From Octopus sinensis (taxonomy: Eukaryota), in contig NC_042999.1 in NCBI RefSeq assembly GCF_006345805.1, forward strand, positions 108,872,001 through 108,936,000: a stretch of DNA of 64,000 nucleotides, read 5' to 3'. The notes under the pieces were generated by a model. That model did not search any database. It was given only the letters and a program-made list of their open reading frames with translations, and had not been told where the DNA came from. Both the position numbers and the translations under genes were made by a program. This document shows, one piece after another, positions 13,301-24,900 of the stretch (the stretch's first letter is position 1; each line of letters begins with the position of its first letter).

Positions 13301-15906
13301 TAGCTATTCATAAAACTGTCCAAATATTATATTTCCTTTTGTTCTTTTTACTTAGTTTTGTCTGGGATATTTTCAAAAAACATACAAATATATTTTAAAT
13401 ATACCAAATGATAAAACAAAAACCACAAACCTCTCCAGCTGCCACTCCTGTTGCTTGTCCAGCAATATTTGTACCTTTTCTAGCATTTTGAAATCCTTCC
13501 GTTCCCTTTAAAAACAAAAAAAAACATAAATTATCAAGAATCATCAACAAAATTGTACACAAGGTGCAGGAGTGGCTGTGTGGTAAGAAGCTTGCTTCCC
13601 AACCACATGGTTTCAGGCTCAGTCCCATAACAAGGCATTTTGGACAAATGTCTTCTACTACAGCCTCAGGCCAACCAAAGTCTGCTGAGTCGATTTGGTA
13701 GATGGAAAATGAAAGAAGCTCATCGTATATATGTGTGTGTGTGTCTTCATGTCTCTGTTTGCCCCCCACCACCACCGCTTGACAACAGATCAAGTGTGTT
13801 TACATCCACATTACTTGGCAGTTTGGCAAAAGAAACCAATATAGTAAGAGCCAGGCTTAAAAAAAAAACAAAATAAGTATTGGGGCTGATTCATTCAACT
13901 AAAATTCCTCAAGGTGGTGCCCCAGAATGGCCACAGCCTAATGGCTGAAACAAAAAAATAAAAAGAAATAAAATTGTTGAGATGAGATTATAGTTGTTTA
14001 AATACCCAAAAGATTCCAAGGTCAATGTTTCTTTAAGCATGTTGTCCCTCATTGTGTGCTATAGCTGAATCTTACTTAGCTGTTACCTTCAACTTCAGAC
14101 AAATGCAATGCATTGAGTGTCTCAGACTATTTCCTATTTGTGTTACTATTCACACAATGTTTCCTTTGCATTCTATTTGTACTAATTTCTAACAGATTTC
14201 TTGCCTAGTTTTCTTTAGTTGTTCAATCTTAGTTAAATGAATAGATATATTCTTTTTCTGGTTTTAGTCATTGAACTGCAGCCATAGGAGGGAACCACCT
14301 CCAGCAATTTAGTCAGTCATATCAATCACTGTACTTATTTCAGTCTGGTACTATTTTGTCGAGTGTTATTTGTTGAACTGATAAGTTATGTGACATAATG
14401 GGGCACACCATAAACTACAACAGTTTTTAGAGAAATAAAACACAGGACACACACAGACATACCAAATTATATACATGCATGTATGTTTTGTAAATTACAC
14501 TTACAGGATATTGGACAACTCAAAGGCTATAGTAGAAGACACCTGCCCAAAGGGCCAAGCAGAATCATATGGCTGAGACTAAATGTCTTAATTACACAAC
14601 CATGATGATGATGATGATGATGATGATGATGCCTATATGTATGTGTGTGTATGTGAGTGTAGCAATATAAAAGCTTAACCCTTTTGTTACCAACCCGGCT
14701 GAAACTGGCTCTGGCTCTGAGTACAAATGTCTTGTTTTCATAAGTTTTGAATTAAAATCTTCCATTAAACCTTAGTTACAATTTATGTTCCTAACACTAG
14801 CTGAATGATAACTAAGTTGTTTTACTAAATTCTTTGTTATATTTAAAGTAATTGAAAGAAACATAGAGCATCTCAAAATAAATACAGTAATGAAAGGGTT
14901 AAGAGGAAGCAAAAAATATACTGACATAAATGAAATAGATCGGAAACATATGATTAGTCAAGCAAAAAATAAACTGCAATAGTTGTAAATCATCTAAAAA
15001 CAGAGATAAATAGATTTAATAACTATCTGAAGAACAAATAGCAACACGTGAATCAGATATCTATTAACTACTAAACATATGACACTTAACATTGTTTCTC
15101 CACCTCATATACTTTGTATATGTTTGTATACTTTTTAAATTTCCTTTTCACTTCATTTTCGTAATATTATAAAAGACAGAATTAATGAATTAATTAATTA
15201 AATAAAGAGAATAAAATCTCAGATGTACATTAGTGATGTAACTGACTATGATAAATCCAATAAATTTTATGAGTTGCTATAAAGATAGTCTCTTGCTCAA
15301 TATGTTTAACCCTTTAGCATTCAGATTTCTCTGTCAAATTTAATAATTAATTCATTAATCAGTCATTACTGTCTTGCTTTGAGATTTTGATGATGTGATT
15401 GCCTATTTTCAGAATAACATTGTAGTGTAGTGATTTGAACTTAAAACAGGTAGAATATTTTGGTTGGATATGGTTAGTTTAAATGCTAAAGGGCTAGGAA
15501 TAGCAACAAAACATATACTGATAGAGTGACTAATATTGAGGGTTGAGTGAAATTTATTGTAAAGTTCATATTAACTGAGAATCAAATGCTGGTTAAATAT
15601 TAGGCAAAACTTGAATACCATGTCAATATGAACATTACAGTTAGCAGCTAAAACCCTAAAGGGATGTCAATTATGAAAGGATTACTTTATCAAAAAGCTT
15701 ATACCGGCTTCTTTTTTGTTATATGAAATCTAAACAGTTTAAAAAACATAACTTTAAAATTGTTAATAAATTTAGTTTACTTAACAGAAAAACATATTTC
15801 AGAAATAAGCTGTAATTATAAGAATAAAATAAAATTTAACAAAATACTTAATACTTACACAAGACTTTAATATGAGGACATCTCCTGTGAAAACAAATAA
15901 ACCCAG

Positions 15907-15939
<33 letters not shown>

Positions 15940-18900
15940 GGATAGAGTGATAAACAGATAGACAGACAGACAGATTCATCAACATCATCATTTAATGCCC
16001 ATGTTCCATGCTGGTATAGGTTGGATGGACTAACAGGATCCAGTGGGTCCTAATTCAGTATCTGCATTGGCATGGTTTCTATCAAAAGATACCCTTCCTA
16101 AAACCAACCACTATGCAAGGCTACAAAATAATGAAAGGGTGGCTTTACATGAGAAGATGAATAATTAAAGTGGTAGAAAAGGGGGTAGAACAGAACAGAT
16201 TTCCTGCTGTAAAGGAGCTACAAAACTACTCACATTTTAGACAAGGAGCAGCTGGAGCTGGAAAGTGATAATAGTGGTGATGGGGTTCTAAGTGAATGGG
16301 GACTGAGGAACCAGGAGTATGGGTGTATGGAGGTTGCACACATGTGCACACATACACACACACACACATATAATTTGTTGAAAATAATCAACGTGTTCTC
16401 AAAAGAATAGAGAAATAAATGAAGAGCACTAAGTCTATTATATTTTCAGAAGCTCATTAAATGTTTAATTTTGAAAATTGATTATTAAATTCATGATATT
16501 TACCAACTATTAGTGAAGGTGTGTGTCCTTGAGTGAATGTATGTATTCTAGTGTTCAGGGTGTTGGGTCCACAGTAATAAAGTCAGGAGCTCAATTCCTA
16601 AACTGGGTAGGATGTTGTGTCCTTAAGCAGGGCACTTCATTGCACATTCATTCCAGTCTACTAAACTGAAATTAGTACCACATGACTGTTGGTGCAGCCC
16701 TGTCTCCCTCCCTCCAGCTGTTACATCTTTGTGTTGTGTATTCAAGGATGGGAGGGTTGAGAAGGTGTTTACTTGTGACTACACAGATATGTCAAAATAG
16801 TGAAAGCTCGGTACCAAATCATACTTGCATGTGATAGTTGTAGTTTAGTTTTAGAACCAATTATGGCTATCAATAAAAAGTAGTAAATCAATCAAGGCAT
16901 TCTTAACGAAGCACAAAATGAAACAATTAAATACAATTCCTTTCACATAATCACTATGCAGAATCATTAATTAATACAACTGTAATTCAAAGGCTTGTTT
17001 CTAAATAGTTTCCTCATGTTAGTCAACTATTAATAATAACTGGATAAACTTTAATCCCATAAAGAGAATCAACTCTCCTCAGATGTACATTAGTGATGTC
17101 GCTGACTTTGATAAATCCAGTAGTTTTATGAGTTGCAATAAAGATAATCTCTTGCTCAATATACACCTGTTAAGACTCCATCTACTGCAATCCTCATTCT
17201 TCATTACTCTCCTTTCTAATGCTTTATCCTCTCCCTTGCCCACTGTACTATACATCTGCTGTATCTTTCATTACATCACCTGTGTACCAAGAGATGGTGC
17301 TGGAGCTAAATATGACTGCTGGGCATCACTCTCTATCCTCAATGTCAATCTTTATTGACATCTGTCACTCTCTCTTAGCACTGTCCAGCTCTATTGCTAT
17401 TCATCATTCTCTCTCCCTCTCTCTCACTATCATCTATCTTTGTTATCTTTCAATCTTCCTCTCTTCTCCCTCTCCCTCTCTCACACACAAATAACTCAAC
17501 TTTTGTTGACATATTTCACCCCCCTTCTATTATTCTTCCTACCCTCACTTCCTTAATGCTCTCTATTATCCTGTCTCCTCTTCACTCCTTCTTCCTCCAC
17601 CATACTGTTGTTTTTCTATTCAGTCTACTTACCAAGCACCAATATGTTGTAGCTCTTCCTTCTCCCATCACACTATTTTTCTAATTATACCTGACCTCTC
17701 TCTAATCCCAGTGCTCTCTTATTTTCTCTTCTACTCACCCCTTTTAGTCACATTTGACTAGAGCAAACAATGTAGAATAGAAGGTAAATAAAACAGATTA
17801 GTAAGGATGCTTTAGTCTTACAGGGGATGAAACAGTTCTACTTATTCTGATACCATATATGCCTCCCAGTACACCCTGTAAAAAAGGTTGGCATTAGGAA
17901 AGGCATCTGGTCATAGAAAATAATACCAAATAATAGAATATGCAAGTGAACCATGGTCCTCTGACCCATATAGGTAGGGAGTAACTCCAAATAAGTACTA
18001 GCTTGCACCATAATTACTCATCCAACTCATGCTAGATGAATGACAATGATGATCTTAAAATGTATGAGTAAGAAATTGGAAGTGAAGGCTGCTTGTAAGA
18101 GAGAGAAATTAATGCAGAATTTTTCTTTCTTATTCATTTCTTTGAGATAAGTAAAATTTGTGCCATAATTATTAACTCTTGATAGGTTTGCATAAGAAGA
18201 ATAAATCTGAGTTAAGGGAGAATGTAAATATTAAATGGAAGTTATTATTCAGATTACTAGATGTCATTAGTATAAGAATTGATAGATAAAAAGAAATAAA
18301 GGCCCTTAGGTATTCAGTGGCAACTAAATAAACACAATCATGAGCCCTGAGAACTTGATTTAATCTGATCAGATTAAATCATAAGTTCACAAATAGGACT
18401 ATCAAAGGCTTTGTTAATATTAGCAGCAACAAACTGGTAAAAATAGTATTATGTTGATTAACTGGTTTACAATATGTACTTTCAGTTTTTTGTAAATTTT
18501 GATTTCAAATTCCATCAGAATCAACTCTGGTTTATCATCATCATCATTATCGCTTAACGTTCGTTTTCCATGCTAGCATGGGTTGGACAGTTTGACCGGT
18601 GTCTGGGAAACCAGGAGGCTGCGCCAGGCTCCAGTCTGATCTGGCAGTGTTTCTACAGCTGCAAAAAACACTGCCAGATCAGACTGGAGCCTGGTGCAGC
18701 CTCCTGGCTTCCCAGACCCCGGTCGAACCGTCCAACCCATACTATTGTTAGTAATGCAATAGTCATTTTCATATCCCTCTCATAGTAATAATTAGCACTG
18801 TCCTTAAATATTGAGTACTAATTAAGATTAATAGCAACTGATTAGTTTGCTGTTACACATTTTTTTTTTCAAACTTAAGTTACAAATCATGAGGATTTTG

Positions 18901-21900
18901 CTTTATTGATGAGTGATTGTAGACAGCATTATAATTCCTTGGAAATTTCGAAATGTGAAAACTATTAGGTAGCAGTTAAGATCAATGATCTCCTCTCATT
19001 AAAGGAGGCACATAGATAGTAATAAACTTCCTCGATGACTACAGAGAAGAAAAGAAAGTAGAGAGATAGAATATTGATGGGTGCTTAATTGCACAATAAA
19101 TTTGTGAGTTTAATCAATTGACTACTTTTAATGTTCTCATAAATGCTTGAGCAGTTTTAATAAACCATTCATCTTTGCCTAGCTTTCTCACTGCCCACCA
19201 GATTACTGAATAAACCTTCTCTAAGCCAACAATATTTAACATTTTTTCCATTTCTCACAAAATGCTTGTCTCACAGTAGTTATCTATCAATTCTAACAAA
19301 TTAATGCGCAGCCAATCAACCTGCTGGTAATAGCAATCAAATCATCGCAACAAAAAGGAAAAACAGATACAATAGGTAACATAGTTCTAGATACTCCCAA
19401 AAATGTCATGATGGAAAAAAATTAAAAGTATTTGCAAGAATGAAAGAAAAACTTCTAATTCTATATTTTAATATAGAGGTTTGATCACTAATCTAGAAAG
19501 TAGGCAAGGAAGAATAATTTGTGAAAATTGTTCAAGCATTTATGAGAACATTCAAAGTAGAGTCACTTCTGTGAACTCATGATTTTATTGTGCAGAAAAG
19601 CATCCACCTATGTTCTATATCTCTGCTTTCTTTTCTCCGTTGTAGTATTTGAAAATAATTTATTAACTTCTAAGAGCTTCATTCTATGAGAGGAATTCAT
19701 TGCTTTCATCTTCAACATTTCCAAGAAATTCTGATAATTCAACCAGTAACCTTAATGTATTATGTATCTGTTGCTGTCTTCGGTGACCATCTACATGATA
19801 AAGTCATGTTTTATAACCTTTAGAAACTAATTTATTGGTTATTAAAGTTTATTTGCACTCAACATCTGTCTAAGAACAGTGCTAATTTTTTTACTATCAG
19901 AGTGATATGGAAATAACTAGTGTATAACTAATAATATAAACCAGAGATAATTTTGGTAGGATTTGAACTAAGAACTTATGAAAATGAAACTACATACTGT
20001 AACCTAGTTAATCCACCATACTATAATTTCTGTCAGACTGTTGCTATTAATATTACCAAAGCTTTTCATGATAAATCTCCTCGTCCAGGCCAAATCTAGT
20101 GTTAAACAATGACAATTAACCCTACAGTACAATGATTCTTACTTTGTAATCAATGAATTTGTGCATCTCCTTCCTTTGCTATCCTGATAATTATCAAGGA
20201 AAACTACTTTGTGCATAATTTGACTTTTTACTAAGTAAGAAACTAGTACAAATACTCATTTGCCCTCTTTATCTGGGTTATCAGTAAAGAAACATCCCAA
20301 GCACACTTTTCTATCAACAACAGTTTAAGGAAGGCAGATCTCTAGTCAGGACATGACGTGTAGACACGTTTTCCAGCTCCAACCTTTCGGCATCTGCTGC
20401 AAATCTGAGTGTCACTTGCCTGTTACACAAAAGAGAAAAAATCAGTAAATGCAGGGGCCTAACCAGCTGTTATCAGTTTGCGCTGGTCACCATCAAGACA
20501 GCAGGTGTTCTAGGGACCCTGTACTACCAATTTCTTCTTTCAAAATAGGGATAATGGCAGCCTGTCAAAAAAATGAGCCCTAAGAGGTGAAGTGGCTGCT
20601 GCAGCGAGTATCACTGCACTGACCATTCTCTGCAGCAATGCCATCACGGTCATTACCGCAGGGCACGGCTGAGCACCCCACTTGTTCTGCGATATCTATT
20701 TCTTCACCCCCTCTCCCTATATCTTCTGCTACTTTTTTTTCTTTTTCTTTTCTTTACTTATCTCTGTTTCTTTGTATTTAAGTGTTCTAATAAAATAAAC
20801 CATTTGATCTAATATTATCTCTTGACACACATCTCCAACTCTCTATACTTGATGCTTCTCATCTTCACAACTATATAAACTTGATAACTTAATTTTCGCC
20901 TCACTTTTAGTTATCATCATTGTTTAGCTCATGTCAGCCCTCATCAAGGGCAGTCCTCTGAACAAAAAACCTTTTAACTATAGCTGTTCTATAATTTTCA
21001 TATATCCAACACTACATTGTAGTCATCACAATCCCTGCATATTGTATGTATGTCTATGACTACACTGTCCATTATGTCACTAAATTTTTTGTCATTTTTT
21101 GGAGGATTTTTTTTTCAGACAGTAAGATAAGATTTGAGAAGTTTGATCTGCTATTTCTAGCAAGTTGAGTAACCAGGTAGAGATTCCTTTACTGACTCCT
21201 GCTGGCCTCTAGTTATATTTAAGATGGAAAGCGTTTGTGATCATAATCATTTGTTTGTCTCTCTTTTTTCTAAACAGATCATAGTTGATCAGGCTTTCAG
21301 ACCCATCTGACCAGTAGTTAGGTCAACAGCTGGCTACTAGTACCTGTAGCACCATCCATCCTTAATATTTCCTGACACTGCCAATAACACCTTCTGACTA
21401 TAATTACGGCATATATGTCCTCATCCTTTAACCTTTTAGCATTCACATTACTCTGTCAAATATAATGCTTATTTATTCCTTTACTTGCTTCAATCATTAG
21501 ACAGTGGCCATATTGGGACACCATCTTGAATTTTTAGTCGAATGAATCAACCCCAGTACTTATTTAAGGCTGAGGTTTATACTATAAATCACTTTCTTGA
21601 ACTGCTAGGTTACGGGGGACACAAATGCACTGGCACTGGTTGTCAAGTGATGGTGGTGGGACAAACACAGACATAAAGACACACACACACATAGATATGT
21701 GTGTATGTGTATATATATATATATATAAAAACAGGCATCTTTCAGTTTCCATTGAACAAATCTGCTCACAAAGCTTTGGTTGGCCTGAGGCTATTCTAGA
21801 AGACACTTGCCCAAGGTGCCACGAAACTGAGTTTTCAATGATATAATTATTTATTTTTAGAATGACATTGTAGGGTAGGTGTAAAAAGCCAGACCTGGCC

Positions 21901-24900
21901 AATTTGAACATAAAACAGGTAGAATATTGGGGCTTGATATGACCATTTTAAATGCTAAAGTATTAAGGTAGTTAATGCTCACCAACTCCTTTATAGAGCC
22001 TGTTACTTCAGTTAATTCAAGTTATATTCAGTTAATTCAAACACATACTGATATCATAGGTGTTACATTCTTTTGTTAATAGTCTTATTATAATTAAACC
22101 AAACACACTATCTTTTCCCTTCTCTGCTAATAGTATGCCTATGACTACAACATTAGTTTTACAATTGTTACCAGCCCAATACAGCATATAGTTATAGCCT
22201 CTAGCATTGCTGCTTTTGTTGCTTAGCCTCAAGTCAACCTTGACTGAGAAAACCTATGATTATAGACATTCTAGTCATGACTATCCAATATTTTTAAGGT
22301 ATCTAGAACTCAATCAATTAGTCTCTCCTTATTTAAGAAGGTGAAGGAGGGAGTGATTTCAAGGTAATTTGACTGCTATTTATATCAAGTTGAGCTATCA
22401 TGCAGAGACTCTGGCATTGGCCTGGAGAGGCATTCCAATCATGACCATCCTGTCTTTTGAGTGTATCTCAACATTATTTCAATCTGTCTTTCATTGTTTA
22501 AGACAGTAGGGTGTCATTTCTGAGGTATGGCTCCTATTTCTAGCAGGTCAACTGAGAACATAGAGGCTCCTTAGTTGACTCATCTTGACTCCCTACAGCA
22601 GTGAGCAGTGTTTCTCAAACTGGGGATACATACCTAACAGATGGGGAATGAGATTTCAGAATGCCAGGTAAGGGACAAATAAGCGAATAAAACTTGCAAT
22701 AAAGTTCTAATTAAAGGCCTTTATACTATATACTAATTTTGTTCATGGTGAGGCACAAGTATTTTAAAATCGAAGTATGGTGTTGAATAGAATTGGTAGC
22801 GAAACACTACCTTACTGAGATCAATTTCAGTTACATATCTCTTTAGGGTGTCATGTATTTCTTTAGCCCAATCCCTATAAATAAATCTAGTTTCCAAAAT
22901 CCTTACATACCAGTTACTACCATCACTACTACCACCACCAGCTCTTCTTCATTATTCTCCTATTTCCGAAATGAGACTAAGTTAATAAGAGAGAAATGTT
23001 GTCTATACTTTTCCTGATATAAATAAGCAAATATGAAAACAAAACACATTTTCTCTTCCTCTTTGCTGCTTAACAACTATTTTTATGGGTAGGATGTAAC
23101 ATGCAAATTTAAAGATTTCCAGTGCAAGAGAGAGGGGGAATTATTTTTGAAGTCAGTTTGTTGCCCTTATTGATAAGGAGTCAATTGTGAAAGGTGTAGC
23201 CTGAAGCAAACAGAGTTATGTACCTTGCCTCCTAAGTGCATCACAAAATAACTATACTTTCAAGCTTAAATCTATGCTAAACTAAAAAAAGCTGATGATG
23301 TCTAGAATGTAAACATGTACTTACCATTATGCTCTGAAATTGTTATAATAGTATTGTTTCTGGTGGCTTTGACGTGAGCTATATGCAAGTGCTTGAAGGG
23401 TACACCATCAACTAGCATGTCAGGTGTTCTGAGAGTAGGGAAAATGTCAGGACTGGAAAATATTTATTAAAAAAATGTATATAAAATTCATACTAAAACA
23501 CATACTATTTATTGTTATTATTTTCTGTTTACACAAGTAAAAAAAAAATAATGTATTTCGGTACTATTTAGTGTGCAGAAACTGTAAAGAACTCACACAC
23601 TCACACTGTCTGTGTGTGTGTGTATGTGCATGCATGTGTGTATGTGTGTTTTGCTTGTTTCAATCATTAGAATGTAGTCAAGCTGAAGCATCACCTTCAA
23701 GTGTTTAGTCAGATAAGTCACACACCCACCATTGTTTTTTAAAAGTTTGGGACTCCTTCTTTCTCTTTTTGCCAAATCACTAGGTTATTGAAGCATAAAC
23801 AAAATAACAGCAGTTGTCAGGTTGTGGTAAGTGGGCAAATAGAAAGATGTGTGCATGTGTGTGTATTAATGTTTGTTTTTTTTGCTGAGTTATAAAAAAC
23901 AATTTTACATTAATCCGATGGGTTACTCTATACTTTTGTAGAGTATGAATTTATTATTCTTATACAAGAATATTGTTGATAGTAATTTCAATACATTAGG
24001 AGTTATTTTGCCTTCATATAGTCTATGTTGAGTTAAAATCATCTTTGGATGTGTGGATTTGAGTGGGGTGATAATTAGGTTTTTATGGAAAGGAGTTTTG
24101 AAAAAGAGTTTTTATTGATTAAATTTGGGGTAATGTTATTGTTTAGAATTTATTCATGTATTATTTCAACAAGTCCACAAGTGGGGTTTCTATGTGACAA
24201 TTATTCAAATCAGCATCCAAATATCCCTCAAACAACACCTTAATGTCTTTTTTAAAAATGGGAAGGATACATTTGATAATGTAGTGTTAGATACTTTATC
24301 ACTAGAAAATATAAGAATAGGGTGGTCAAAGCTGGATTGCCTTTGAATACAGGTCTGCTCAATCCAGAAATGATCTGGGGCTAACTAATAATAATAATAA
24401 TCGTACGTTTTAACAATGAAACAATGAGGCTGTTATTTGGAAACAGTTAACAGAGGGATTTGAACTTTCAGAGATTAAATAAGTAAAAACAAAAACAAAA
24501 AGGAAGATAAAGATGTTACTTGGAATCAACTTCAGCTGTGTCACTAAGATGTAATCGATCCTTAGTTTCCATTTGTGTCCATTTTTTGAGACGGTTATCC
24601 TTGTCCAACACTGTTCTTGGAAAGCTGATATGTATTGCTTGACTCAGAAGTAGTGGATTGCCTGATTTTTAGTAAATCAAATGTAAATAGTTCAAAATAC
24701 TTAACAGAAACAATTCGTCTAAATCTTATCTTTATACTTTCTAAAACTTTGTCTTTAAGTATTTGCTACAAATGATCACACCACAATCCCTTGTTTTCTC
24801 ATCTTCTAATAGTAAACACACAAACACCACAGCCAAATCTTCAAATAATTCATCCACATTTGAGGAGTTTTATGCATCTCACAAAAAAGGAGAGAGAGAG

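Noticed and set aside
13565-13640. tRNA-like sequences with A/B boxes (many copies)
   Set aside because: These are SINE heads continuing into SINE bodies, with no complete cloverleaf or acceptor stem.
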